Source: Pseudomonadales bacterium (GTDB taxonomy: Bacteria > Patescibacteriota > Microgenomatia > UBA1400 > PJMF01). Taken from it: a DNA stretch of 57,482 bases. Positions 27,866-38,079 of the stretch are shown here, one piece after another (the stretch's first letter is position 1; the number at the start of each line of letters is the position of its first letter). The notes under the pieces were generated by a model, which was not told the origin of the DNA, made no database searches, and saw nothing but the letters and a program-made list of their open reading frames with translations. The stretch covers positions 124,734-182,215 of the forward strand of contig JACKFX010000001.1 in assembly GCA_020632255.1 (NCBI GenBank), read 5' to 3'. Position numbers and translations under genes: made by a program.

Positions 27866-28750
27866 TTAGTGAGTTGCTTCCTTTTGATCTTGTGCTAATA
27901 GTGCAGTAACTACGTCAAGTAGTTCTGAGGTAATACTTGCCTGACGAGACTTGTTATAGACAAGTCGAAGATCAGACATAAGTTCTCCAGCATTTTCACT
28001 TGCATTTTTCATACTCACCATGCGAGCAGAGTGCTCACTAGCCCTGGCTTCAAGAAATGCTTGATAGACACTGTTTTCGAGGTAATATGGCAGAAGGTTA
28101 TTAAGAATTGCATCAGCATTTGGTTCAAAAATGTATTCTGCCTCGTTGAGTTTATCAACAAGTGCTGCTTCACTCGTTTCAATTTTGGGTAGAGGTAATA
28201 CTTGTTGTACGTGAACCTTTTGAACCAGTGTACTCACGAAATCCATGTAGATAAGTGAGACAGATCTGAATTCTTTGTCAAGAAATCCTTCCTTGATTAA
28301 TGTGCTGATAGAAATTGTGTCAGATGGTGATACTTGGTCAGGTAAGTCTGTAAACTGGGCATAGAGTTCGATTCCTGCAAGCCGTGCAAACGCCACCGCT
28401 TTTTTCCCAACGGCAACAACTTTTCCCTCTTTATGGTGTTTGAGCCAAGCAATCGTTTCTTTAAACAAAGATGGATTTAAACTTCCACAGAGACCTTTGT
28501 CAGTTGAAATGATAACTGCTACATCAAAGCCTTCTTCATGTTGAGTTAAGAGAGGATGCACTGTGATGCTTGATGCTTCTGCGAGTGATTGCAGAGAACT
28601 GTTGAGAGCTTCAGTGTATGGACGGGTGGCCAAAGCTGATGCTTGGGCGCGACGCATTTTACTTGCCGAAACCATCTCCATAGCTTTTGTAATTTTGGAG
28701 ATGTTGCCTGCAGTCTTGATTCGCTGGACGATTTGTCTTGTGTTCGGCAT
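27866..28750 (-). CDS. atpG: ATP synthase F1 gamma subunit
   Basis: ITKAMEMVSASK, DKGLCGSLN, SEHSARMVSMKNASENA, RQASITSEL. Confidence 0.97.
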   Translation of the reverse strand: MPNTRQIVQRIKTAGNISKITKAMEMVSASKMRRAQASALATRPYTEALNSSLQSLAEASSITVHPLLTQHEEGFDVAVIISTDKGLCGSLNPSLFKETIAWLKHHKEGKVVAVGKKAVAFARLAGIELYAQFTDLPDQVSPSDTISISTLIKEGFLDKEFRSVSLIYMDFVSTLVQKVHVQQVLPLPKIETSEAALVDKLNEAEYIFEPNADAILNNLLPYYLENSVYQAFLEARASEHSARMVSMKNASENAGELMSDLRLVYNKSRQASITSELLDVVTALLAQDQKEATH

Positions 28751-28762
28751 GCTCGCGACTTT

Positions 28763-30313
28763 TTATTCCTCTTGGGCTACTGGCACTAAATTGGGGTGAC
28801 TTTCGTTGAAAGAAGTAATGGCAGCTTTTAAGTCATCTTCTGTTTTTTCAACAATCTTGAGTTCTGAAGTAATACTTTCAAAAATATGTGGGTAGGAAGT
28901 ATGCATATATTCAAGATATTCTGCTTCCCACTTTTGGATATCATCGATAGCTACTTTGTCGAGATAACCCTTAACAGCTGCGAAGATGACGACAACTTGC
29001 TCTTCCATCTTGAGCGGGGTATCCCAGCCTTGTTTAAGAATAGCGTTAACATGTTCTCCTCTATCGAGAACAGACTTGGTTTTCTCGTCAAGGTCGGAGC
29101 TAAATTGTGCAAATGCTTGGAGTTCACGGAACTGAGCCAGATCGAGTTTCATGGTACCCGCAACCTGCTTCATAGCTTTTCTCTGAGCTGAAGATCCAAC
29201 ACGAGAGACTGAGAGACCCACATTAATAGCAGGTTTCATACCTGCGTTAAAGAGGTCAGACTCAAGATAAATTTGCCCATCGGTGATCGAAATCACATTG
29301 GTAGGAATGTATGCTGATACGTCATTTGCTTGTGTTTCGATTATTGGAAGAGCGGTGACAGATCCGCCACCATTCTTTTCATTGAGGCGACATGCGCGCT
29401 CTAAGAGACGTGAGTGAAGGTAGAAAACATCACCTGGATATGCTTCACGACCAGAAGGTCGGCGAAGCAAGAGTGAGATTTCACGGTAGGCTTGAGCGTG
29501 TTTGGTTAAGTCGTCAAAGATGATAAGCACGTCTTTGCCTTTTTCTAAGAAATACTCTGCAATAGCTTGGCCGGTATAAGGAGCTAAGAACTGTTCTGCA
29601 GCACTTGATGAAGCGGTGGCAGAGACGATTGTTGTGTAACTCATTGCACCTCTGTCTTCGAGAATTTGAATTGTTTGAGCAAGTGAAGATCGTTTTTGAC
29701 CAATACATACATAGACACATTGGACGTTCTGATCGGCTTGATTCAGAATAGTTCCCAATGCCACTGCAGTTTTACCGGTTGAACGGTCTCCAATAATAAG
29801 TTCACGTTGTCCGCGACCAATTGGAATCATTGCGTCAACAGCTTTAATCCCAGTTTGTAGTGGAACAGACACAGATTGGCGAGGCATGATGCCAGGAGCA
29901 CGCTTTTCGAGGAGCATGTACTTGTCTACAGGCAGATCACCTTTGCCATCAACTTCTCTACCCAACGCATCAACGACACGTCCTAAAATTGCATCTGAAA
30001 CTCCAACTGAGAGAATACGACCCGTTCTTCGAACTGTTTGTCCTGCTGAGAGATGTGAGGCATCACCAAGAACCACGATACCGGTACGTTTCTTTTCAAG
30101 GTTAAGTGCTAATCCATATTGATTTTCACCTAAGTCAATGAGTTCTCCCGATTGGACATCGTCAAGTCCAGTGACTGAGACAACTCCATCTCCAAATGAG
30201 AGCACGGTTCCGACTGCTTCGGACTCAGTGTTCACCTCAAGATTAGAGATAAGTTGTGTAATCGAGGTGGTAAATTCTTGTTGTGTATTCTTTTTCATGT
30301 ATCGAGCTTTCAC
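28763..30313 (-). CDS. atpA: ATP synthase F1 alpha subunit
   Basis: GRGQRELIIGDRSTGKT, PSGREAYPGDVFYLHSRLLERA. Confidence 0.99.
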   Translation of the reverse strand: MKARYMKKNTQQEFTTSITQLISNLEVNTESEAVGTVLSFGDGVVSVTGLDDVQSGELIDLGENQYGLALNLEKKRTGIVVLGDASHLSAGQTVRRTGRILSVGVSDAILGRVVDALGREVDGKGDLPVDKYMLLEKRAPGIMPRQSVSVPLQTGIKAVDAMIPIGRGQRELIIGDRSTGKTAVALGTILNQADQNVQCVYVCIGQKRSSLAQTIQILEDRGAMSYTTIVSATASSSAAEQFLAPYTGQAIAEYFLEKGKDVLIIFDDLTKHAQAYREISLLLRRPSGREAYPGDVFYLHSRLLERACRLNEKNGGGSVTALPIIETQANDVSAYIPTNVISITDGQIYLESDLFNAGMKPAINVGLSVSRVGSSAQRKAMKQVAGTMKLDLAQFRELQAFAQFSSDLDEKTKSVLDRGEHVNAILKQGWDTPLKMEEQVVVIFAAVKGYLDKVAIDDIQKWEAEYLEYMHTSYPHIFESITSELKIVEKTEDDLKAAITSFNESHPNLVPVAQEE

Positions 30314-30316
30314 TTC

Positions 30317-30556
30317 TTATAACTGACTCATAAGTTGTGACTTGAGCTTAGCAAGTTTGCCAGCAACAGTGCCGTCATACTCGACTGAATTAATTGTGAG
30401 CTTAATGCCCCCAATAAGCTTTGGGTCAACAATTTTTTCGATAGTTACAGATGAAACGTTGCGTTTCTCTTTGACAGCTTTTTCGATTGCTTTTTCTTGA
30501 GATGAACTCAATGTAATCGCAGTCGCAACTGTTATGGTAAGGTCTGTACTTTTCAT
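30317..30556 (-). CDS. atpH: ATP synthase delta subunit, C-terminal domain only
   Basis: VDPKLIGGIKLTINSVEYDGTVAGKL; lies between atpF and atpA; 79 aa. Confidence 0.85.
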   Translation of the reverse strand: MKSTDLTITVATAITLSSSQEKAIEKAVKEKRNVSSVTIEKIVDPKLIGGIKLTINSVEYDGTVAGKLAKLKSQLMSQL

Positions 30557-30559
30557 AAT

Positions 30560-31045
30560 TTATAGTGCTTTAATGATGTTTTTTAGTTCGGTGTCAATGA
30601 GTTTACTGGCTTTCTTTTCATCGAGAGCATCACCAATAACTTTTTCTGCAACTGTGATAACTGCAGCAGCCATGTCTTTTTCGGCTTTCTTTAAAAGCAT
30701 TGCTTTTTCGTTTTCCCATTGAGCTCTCATTTCGTCGTGTTCTGCTTTAGCTTTAGCTTTTGCATCAGCAATAATTACTTCTTTGCGCTCTGTAGCTTCT
30801 GCCTGAGCCTCCTTAATAACTTTGTTTCGCTCTTTTTTAAGTTCTGCTTCTACAGATTTTTGTTTCTGTTCGATGTCAGCGTAGGCTTTTTGAGCTTTTG
30901 CTGCGGCCTTCTCCCCTTCTGCGATGCGCTTTGATCGTTCATCAAAGATTTTAATCACCGGCTTGTAGAGAAGGAAGCTGAGAGCACCGACCACTACAGA
31001 AAAGTTGATAATCTGAAAAAGAATCTGTGTAAGTTGAATGTCCAT
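30560..31045 (-). CDS. atpF: ATP synthase F0 b subunit
   Basis: QIINFSVVVGALSFLLYKPV TM segment followed by coiled coil. Confidence 0.93.
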   Translation of the reverse strand: MDIQLTQILFQIINFSVVVGALSFLLYKPVIKIFDERSKRIAEGEKAAAKAQKAYADIEQKQKSVEAELKKERNKVIKEAQAEATERKEVIIADAKAKAKAEHDEMRAQWENEKAMLLKKAEKDMAAAVITVAEKVIGDALDEKKASKLIDTELKNIIKAL

Positions 31046-31082
31046 GATACTTCCTTTGTGTTATTTCTGTTTGTGATCCTTA

Positions 31083-31319
<237 letters not shown>

Positions 31320-31367
31320 TTACGGTGTTTTACCTTTATTCTTTATACTTTTACTTTTTACTACTTT

Positions 31368-32354
31368 TTAGTGTTCATCATGGCTCTGTGTAGCCATATT
31401 AAAGAATACTAGTGACAACATTGCGAATACGAGAGCTTGGATGAATCCAACAAAGAGCTCAAGGCCATAGAATGGCATTGGAGCAATAATTGGTACGAGT
31501 GATGAAATCACAACCAAGAGTACTTCTCCAGCAAAGATGTTTCCAAACAGACGGAATGCAAATGAGATAACTTTTGCGAATTCTGAAATGGTCTCGAGGA
31601 ATCCAACAAATGTCATAATTGGATTTGAGAAGTTAATGTATTTTTTAAAGTAACTAAGTCCCAATGCTTGCACACCAAATACTTGGGTCAAGAAGACAGA
31701 TACTAATGCCAAAGCAATGGTGGTGTTAAGATCTGCAGTACCTGGTCTGAAGATTGGGACAGCTTTAACGTGGTGTTCTTCGGCTCCTTGTTCAAGTTCT
31801 TCATGAACTTCACCTGCCATCACATCCATGTGAGTATCATCTGATTCTTCAAGATGCATTTCACCTTCATCAACGACTAATTCAAGAACTTCTTCATGAG
31901 TAGAGACTGGTTCTTCACCTTCGACAGCATATACTTGTCCTACTACAGAAGAATGCATTTCACCTTCTGTTGCTTTTTCAGCAGATGCTGCTTCGTGAAC
32001 TTCAGTGCTGTTTTCAATCATTCTGATGGTTCCAACACCAGGAAGCAACCCAAGCCAGTTATTAAAAAGAATCCATAAAAGGAAAGTTCCAATAAAGGGC
32101 AAGAAAAGACGGGTCTTTTTCAAGTCGCCCGTTACGCTGTGAACTAAGTTGTGGAGAGATTCTACGATCCATTCTGCAAAGTTTTGAAGCCCTCGTGGAC
32201 TGTTGGTGTCCTTGAGTTGCAGTCGGACTATAATCGCAAATGCGATGATGAGTCCACTGACGACTAAACTGGTAAGCATGGAATTGGTGATAGCAATACC
32301 ACCGACGTTGAGAAGTGTCTCAGCTGAAATGGAGATATGAAGTCCTGCGGCCAT
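31368..32354 (-). CDS. atpB: ATP synthase F0 a subunit with a long acidic/His-rich loop insertion
   Basis: QNFAEW, NNWLGLLPG, TADLNTT, SFAFRLFGNIFAGE, GFIQALVF. Confidence 0.96.
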   Translation of the reverse strand: MAAGLHISISAETLLNVGGIAITNSMLTSLVVSGLIIAFAIIVRLQLKDTNSPRGLQNFAEWIVESLHNLVHSVTGDLKKTRLFLPFIGTFLLWILFNNWLGLLPGVGTIRMIENSTEVHEAASAEKATEGEMHSSVVGQVYAVEGEEPVSTHEEVLELVVDEGEMHLEESDDTHMDVMAGEVHEELEQGAEEHHVKAVPIFRPGTADLNTTIALALVSVFLTQVFGVQALGLSYFKKYINFSNPIMTFVGFLETISEFAKVISFAFRLFGNIFAGEVLLVVISSLVPIIAPMPFYGLELFVGFIQALVFAMLSLVFFNMATQSHDEH

Positions 32355-32502
32355 GATAATTCTTTTCTATGTTTACTACTTGGTCACAAAAAAAGAACAA
32401 CAAACACATCTACACTGTGTGTTATGCAGCTATATGTAATGTGTGTGTCGGTCAGACAATTTGAATTATATCGTGCTTTTTGACAACCACAAGGGACAAA
32501 AG

Positions 32503-34437
32503 CTACTCAGCAAGAACAACCACGAAGTCATAGGCTTCAGCTGCGTCTTCTTGTGATTTGTTTTCTGTGTCAAGCTCAAAGTTTAGATCAGTAGCCTCTT
32601 CGATGAAGGTAAGGAGTCCTGGAATTTCTTCATCTACAAGGATAAAGTTTCCCTCCTCATACTCACCTTTGGCATTTGCAGCATCGACATCCTCGAATTC
32701 TGCTTCAATAAGATCTGATTTTATTGTACCGGCATATCCAGCTTTTGTGGTTGCGTTTACAACCAAGACCGAGTAGTTGCCTGTTGGGTCAAACTCTACA
32801 ACTTCCGGTTTTGGACTTGGAGATGGCTCGGGGGAAGCTTCTACTGTTTCGACAGCTGGAGTGACTGTTTCACCTTGTTGGGTAACTTTGAGAAGTCCCA
32901 AACCGACTCCAACTCCAATGGCTACAGTTGCGAAGAAAACTGCTACGGTAATAAAGATCATCTTCATCATAGATCCTACCCCAGATTGGTTTTTGAGAAT
33001 TTTGTTAGGAGTTGTTTTCTTTTTTGGTTCTTCACTGTCTTCTTCTATTTCCAGTGAACCTTCTTTTGAAAACTGTCGTAGGTCAATGACATCATTATCT
33101 TCGTCTGATGTTTCTTCCACAGTTGTGAGTTCTTCATCCTTGATTGCTGACATATGGTTTTCCTTTTCCTCCTGATTTGTTGATGATACTGGAGATGCAG
33201 TTGTTGGTGCTAGATCGACGGTTGTTTCTTCTGCTTCTGAGGTCTCTTGTTCTGAGACTTCTTGTTTTTCTTCGTCCACTTCTTTTTTTTCAGGTTTCTC
33301 TGTGTCTTTTTCTAGTGTTTCGTCTACAGATGTGATTGGTTCTATGCTAGGTTCCTCTTCAGTATCCTCCTGAGTTTTTGACGTTGCGTCTTCTACTTTA
33401 TCCAAATCAAGTGCTTTTACCTGAGATGTTGCAACTGCAGGAACAGTTGGGGTAGGCAGCTCGTCGACAGTACGAGTAGCTTCTGTTTTTTCTTTTCCTG
33501 TTGCGGTACTGTTATCTAGAGCATCCTCTTCCTCATCACTCTCTTCTGATTCGCTGATTGAGAGGGCTGCGATTGTTTCTTCATCATTTGCAAGCGGTTT
33601 AGAAACTTCGAATGAAGGTGCGAGATAATCAGGGATCGAGAGTGTTTTCATGCCTGCCTCAATGAGTTGTTTGACGTATGATGGGATTTTGGTGTCCTCT
33701 TCTTTAAATGATGCAACTTGTTGGATTGGGACTGTAGCTTTAAGTTCTTCCTTGAGGTTTTCTTCTACGACTTCATTTGAGAGTAAATAGATTGTTTGAA
33801 TACTCGGTTCTCCACCCTTAAGAGTTTTGATCGTTTCAGAAATATTCGAAGTTTCATCGAGTTCTGCAACGGTTGTTTGGTCAATGCCAATATAATGGAG
33901 TGAGGTATAGAGTTTACTTCCTGCTTGGACAATACTAATTGATGGCTCAAGAGAAATAAGAGATTTAATACTCCAGCTCAAAGCAGTAACTCCTTCAAAA
34001 GAAATACCATGTTTTTTAGCACTCACACGAACAGGAGCAAGAACAGATTTTTCTAGAGCACTAATTTGGACACGAGACTCTCCTTTGAATTGAGCAAGTA
34101 CAAAAGTGTTTACGTAGTGAGAATCAGTAGTAATGCCAAGTGAGGGTAAAAGCTCTTCCTTAAGATGGGAAATTACTTTTTTTTCATCTGTTTCTTTGAC
34201 AGATACGATAGTGTCAGTAAACAAGTAGTCAGGGAGAATGAGCGAGGTAAATGAGGTATCTTTTATTTTGCCAAACAGTTTATCGATGTTTTCCACTTCA
34301 AAGGTATTGTCACCCATGAACTCTCCGTTAATTTGACGAAAGTTTTGAATCGCAAACGTAAATTCTTTTTTTGTAGGCAGAAGCTCTGCAAAGTAGGTGA
34401 CGTCCGGAAGTATATATAAAAGAGTGTTATTCTGCAT
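32503..34437 (-). CDS. Bitopic membrane protein: PilM-like N-terminal region, long acidic linker, one TM helix, LytR_C-like C-terminal domain
   Basis: C-terminal SVLVVNATTKAGYAG resembles LytR_C; TM segment IFITVAVFFATVAIGVGVGLG; N-terminal assignment tentative. Confidence 0.55.
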   Translation of the reverse strand: MQNNTLLYILPDVTYFAELLPTKKEFTFAIQNFRQINGEFMGDNTFEVENIDKLFGKIKDTSFTSLILPDYLFTDTIVSVKETDEKKVISHLKEELLPSLGITTDSHYVNTFVLAQFKGESRVQISALEKSVLAPVRVSAKKHGISFEGVTALSWSIKSLISLEPSISIVQAGSKLYTSLHYIGIDQTTVAELDETSNISETIKTLKGGEPSIQTIYLLSNEVVEENLKEELKATVPIQQVASFKEEDTKIPSYVKQLIEAGMKTLSIPDYLAPSFEVSKPLANDEETIAALSISESEESDEEEDALDNSTATGKEKTEATRTVDELPTPTVPAVATSQVKALDLDKVEDATSKTQEDTEEEPSIEPITSVDETLEKDTEKPEKKEVDEEKQEVSEQETSEAEETTVDLAPTTASPVSSTNQEEKENHMSAIKDEELTTVEETSDEDNDVIDLRQFSKEGSLEIEEDSEEPKKKTTPNKILKNQSGVGSMMKMIFITVAVFFATVAIGVGVGLGLLKVTQQGETVTPAVETVEASPEPSPSPKPEVVEFDPTGNYSVLVVNATTKAGYAGTIKSDLIEAEFEDVDAANAKGEYEEGNFILVDEEIPGLLTFIEEATDLNFELDTENKSQEDAAEAYDFVVVLAE

Positions 34438-34632
34438 GATATAAGTAATCCTATACTACTAGTATCTATAATTCACCCATTATTTTCAAGTGGAGTTCTG
34501 ATGTGGTCCTGATGTAGATGTATATACAAGATAGAGTGATTTGAGTATATTCCACGTAGTCTAGTACTTTTCGAACGAGACTTTTTGAGATAAAATACTC
34601 CAGTTCTTTGTAAAAATTTTTATCAAGAAAGT

Positions 34633-34706
34633 GGGTCCGTAGCTCAGTCGGTTAGAGCGACAGCCTTTTAAGCTGTGCGTCCCGGGTTCGAGTCCCGGCG
34701 GACCCA
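34633..34706 (+). tRNA. tRNA-Lys(TTT)
   Basis: GGGTCCG...CGGACCC-A; anticodon stem ACAGC/GCTGT, loop CTTTTAA; CCA not encoded. Confidence 0.97.
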
Positions 34707-34714
34707 CAAATAAG

Positions 34715-34740
34715 AAAATAGCCAATAGGGCTATTTTTTT
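34715..34740 (+). terminator. Terminator after tRNA-Lys
   Basis: AAAATAGCC-AATAG-GGCTATTTT plus T-tract. Confidence 0.7.
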
Positions 34741-34872
34741 ATATCTAGATATGTTGGTAAGATAGTAGGACCCATGGTTCGCCAAATGAGTTCTAATGAT
34801 TTTTCTAGTAGTTATGAGTATCTCGCAGCGCAAAGCTCGAGGTGTCCTGACGGACCATCATTTGGTTGAGCT

Positions 34873-35358
34873 TTAGACAGTAAGCAGCGCAAAAGCTTCA
34901 AATGGTTGGATTTTTGAAATTATTTGAAGTGCAAACTCTCGTGCTTTATCAGGGAGGATATCTAGAGAAACATGTTCAAGATCGTGTCTGAGAACAGCGA
35001 AGATCTCTGAGCTGTACCTATTTTCTGAGTCAGTTGCATCGAGCAAGGCCGCAATAATAAGCGTACGAAGGGCGTAGTTTTCGGCACTCTCTTTTGAGGC
35101 TGAGTTGTATTTGAACCAGCAGTCGTGTTTTACCTGTGCTAACAGGCATTTGGTGGTTTTTTCTCCATCAGAAAGGGCTTTACAAACGGTGAACAGTTGT
35201 GTTTCAGCTTCTTCAGATAAAATCTGATTCCGTAGAGTAATTTCACCGAGCAAAGTATAGGCAGTACGAATAAGTGCATACACTTGTTTTCGGTTCTCAA
35301 CGGGATCTGGTCTCTTTATTTCTTTTGTCATGGCATCGCATTTTACTCCTCGAGGCAT
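34873..35358 (-). CDS. Hypothetical helical protein
   Basis: 161-aa ORF, no recognised motif; start may be at MTKEIK. Confidence 0.6.
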   Translation of the reverse strand: MPRGVKCDAMTKEIKRPDPVENRKQVYALIRTAYTLLGEITLRNQILSEEAETQLFTVCKALSDGEKTTKCLLAQVKHDCWFKYNSASKESAENYALRTLIIAALLDATDSENRYSSEIFAVLRHDLEHVSLDILPDKAREFALQIISKIQPFEAFALLTV

Positions 35359-35399
35359 GTTCTCGCAATGAGAGGTGTCTATGTTAAAATGCGAAGGCT

Positions 35400-36245
35400 A
35401 TGCCAGAACTTCCCGAAGTAGAAACAGTTGTTCGTCGTTTACGATCAGTCTTGCCTGGAAAAGAGGTTTCCGCTATTAAGGTGTATAAGCAAAAATCATT
35501 TATGGGTGACATTTATGAACTGATTGGCACAAGAATTACTCAAGTAAACCGTAAAGCCAAGCTTATTCACATTGAGTTGAAATCTGGAAAAAATGTATTG
35601 GTTCATCTTAAAATGACTGGGCAACTCATCTATGTGGATGAAAGTGTGCGATTGGGAGGTGGGCATCCAACAGCCGATTGGCTTCAAGCATTGCCAAGTA
35701 CACACACCCGTGTGAGCATTACATTTTCAGACGGAAGTAATCTCTATTTTAATGACCAACGTATCTTTGGATGGATTCGACTTCTTTCTCCTTCGGAACT
35801 TGAAAACGAATTTGCTCGTTATGCTCCCGATGTTATTGAAGAAAGTATCTCTGACGAGTATTTTTGGGATAGAGTTCAACGGACATCTCGGGCAATAAAA
35901 GTGGTGATTCTCGACTCAAAAATAATGAGTGGCTTGGGAAACATTTATGCGTGTGATGCCTTGAACATTGCCCAAATTAGTCCCTATCGAAAAGCTAACA
36001 CGTTATCTAAATCAGAAGCTGATCGATTGCTCGATGCTTCAAAAGCAGTACTGCAAAAAGGCATTGAGCTTGGTGGTGCTACAATCGAACATTTTAGACA
36101 CATAGACGGTTTTTCTGGTAACTATCAGAAAGAAGTTGCAGTCTATGGCCGTGAAGGCGAACCATGTTTAAATTGTGGTGGCACAATTATTAAAGAGAAA
36201 ATTGCAGGTCGAGGCACCTACTTCTGTCCAAACTGTCAAATCTAG
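35400..36245 (+). CDS. mutM: Formamidopyrimidine-DNA glycosylase
   Basis: MPELPEVETV, HLKMTG, GLGNIYACD, zinc finger CLNCGG...RGTYFCPNCQ. Confidence 0.98.
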   Translation: MPELPEVETVVRRLRSVLPGKEVSAIKVYKQKSFMGDIYELIGTRITQVNRKAKLIHIELKSGKNVLVHLKMTGQLIYVDESVRLGGGHPTADWLQALPSTHTRVSITFSDGSNLYFNDQRIFGWIRLLSPSELENEFARYAPDVIEESISDEYFWDRVQRTSRAIKVVILDSKIMSGLGNIYACDALNIAQISPYRKANTLSKSEADRLLDASKAVLQKGIELGGATIEHFRHIDGFSGNYQKEVAVYGREGEPCLNCGGTIIKEKIAGRGTYFCPNCQI

Positions 36246-37181
36246 CTAAATTTTTGACAGAGCAAGGTCGACGATGGCATCCGCAGTGAGACCATATTTT
36301 TTGAGTAGTGCATCACTTGGACCTGACTCACCAAACTGATCAAGCATACCAATTCGATGTAGTGGAGGATGTTGTGGCAGTTCGGCTAGCACTTCTGCAA
36401 CCGCAGAACCTAAGCCCCCGGTGATTTGATGTTCTTCGATTGTGACGATAAGTTGTACATGTCCAGCTAGCTCTAGAATACTGAACCGATCTATTGGTTT
36501 AATGGTATGCATGTTAAGAACTTCGGTGCTAACGTTGTGGGTTTCGAGCTGATCTGCCGCTTTAATAGCTTCTGCAACCATGGTGCCACAGGCAATGATG
36601 GCGACGGTATTTCCTTCTCGTAAAATGGTAGCTTTTCCAAGTTTAAACTCAGTATTTTCATCAGAAACTGGTTGTGTGAGATACTTGCCAATTCGTAAGT
36701 ATGCAGGTCCATGGTAATCCAGAATGGCTTGGGTGGCTTTTTTTGCCTCATGATAGTCTGCAGGAACCACTACGATCATATTGGGAAGAGTTCTCATCAT
36801 AGCAATATCCTCGAGTGCCTGATGTGTGGCTCCATCTGGTCCGGTAGAAATTCCTGCATGGCCTCCAATGATTTTTACGTTTGTTTTTGAGTAGCAGACT
36901 GAAGAACGAATTGGCCCCATCGTGTTTTGTGGATTAAAAACTGCATAACTGCATGTCACCGGTGTTTTGCCAGTAAGTGCAAGACCTGCTGCGATACCAA
37001 CCATATTTTCTTCAGCGACTCCGATTTCGAAGAAGCGATTGGGGAACTGCTCGGCAAATCCATCGAGCCTCATTGACTCTCGCAGGTCTGCAGTTAAGGC
37101 TACAATGTGAGGGTCTTTTCGGGCTGCCTCAACGAGTGCTTCACCAAATCCATCTCTCGTAGTGCGTTTTTCTTTTGTCAT
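36246..37181 (-). CDS. Transketolase, C-terminal subunit
   Basis: FFEIGVAEENMVGIAAGLA, GPDGATHQALED, TIKPID, EEHQITGGLGS. Confidence 0.95.
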   Translation of the reverse strand: MTKEKRTTRDGFGEALVEAARKDPHIVALTADLRESMRLDGFAEQFPNRFFEIGVAEENMVGIAAGLALTGKTPVTCSYAVFNPQNTMGPIRSSVCYSKTNVKIIGGHAGISTGPDGATHQALEDIAMMRTLPNMIVVVPADYHEAKKATQAILDYHGPAYLRIGKYLTQPVSDENTEFKLGKATILREGNTVAIIACGTMVAEAIKAADQLETHNVSTEVLNMHTIKPIDRFSILELAGHVQLIVTIEEHQITGGLGSAVAEVLAELPQHPPLHRIGMLDQFGESGPSDALLKKYGLTADAIVDLALSKI

Positions 37182-38014
37182 GATTGTACCCCTAGTTCCT
37201 CAAGAGCGCGTTGAAGTTCTTCTTCTGACGGTGGTTTTCCATGCCACTCAAAATCACTTTCAATGAAGCTTACGCCTTTCCCAGGAGTTGTCTCGCATAT
37301 GATTGCAGTTGGCTGCTCATGTTGTTCTGCTCGATCCATCGCAGAGTGAAGCGCCGAGAATGAGTGGCCATCTATAGTTATGGTTTCCCATCCAAACGAT
37401 CTGATCATTTCTGATAATCTGTTAAGTGGTAGGACGTTGTTTGAGTTACCTCCAATTTGAATGTGGTTACGATCAATGAATGCTGTTAGGTTTGAGAGTG
37501 AGTGGTCACCTGCGTACATGTAAGCCTCCCATGTTTGACCTTCTTGCTGCTCTCCGTCGCTCATGATGCAGTAGACGCGATTATCTTTTTGATCAAGCTG
37601 GAGTCCAAGAGCCATTCCCACTGCTTGTGAGAGTCCTTGTCCCAATGCACCAGACGTTATTTCTATTCCAGGTAATGAATGTAAATGAGGGTGTCCTTGG
37701 AGTCTAGTGTTGATGTCACGAAAGGTATCGAGTTCTTTTTTGTCAAAAAACCCTTTTTCTGCTAGTGTGGCATAGAGAACAGGACAGGTGTGTCCAGCGG
37801 AGAGCAAAATGTAGTCTCGATCAGGCCAACTTGGATTTGAGGGATCAATTTTCGCACGATCGAAGTAAAGAGAGGTAAAGATTTCGACCATGCCCAAAGC
37901 TCCAGCAGTATGACCACTGCCAGCTGCTGTGAGCATAGAAACAATAGAGACCCGTATCTTACGAGCAATCTCTGTTAATTCGGCTTGAGAAAGAAATTGG
38001 CTAGCTGCGTTCAT
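37178..38014 (-). CDS. Transketolase, N-terminal TPP-binding subunit
   Basis: AGSGHTAG, RDYILLSAGH, LQGHP, GALGQG, SDGEQQEG. Start at 38014 (TACAAT 7 nt upstream). Overlaps the next gene by 4 nt. Confidence 0.95.
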   Translation of the reverse strand: MNAASQFLSQAELTEIARKIRVSIVSMLTAAGSGHTAGALGMVEIFTSLYFDRAKIDPSNPSWPDRDYILLSAGHTCPVLYATLAEKGFFDKKELDTFRDINTRLQGHPHLHSLPGIEITSGALGQGLSQAVGMALGLQLDQKDNRVYCIMSDGEQQEGQTWEAYMYAGDHSLSNLTAFIDRNHIQIGGNSNNVLPLNRLSEMIRSFGWETITIDGHSFSALHSAMDRAEQHEQPTAIICETTPGKGVSFIESDFEWHGKPPSEEELQRALEELGVQS

Positions 38015-38079
38015 AGTTTGTATTGTATAGTGTACTGTTTCATGCCAGCTGCTGTCAAAGCTCAATGGTACAATAGGGT

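Noticed and set aside
34561-34833. 90-aa ORF on the minus strand
   Set aside because: Antisense to tRNA-Lys; GLEPGT is the typical shadow of a T-arm.
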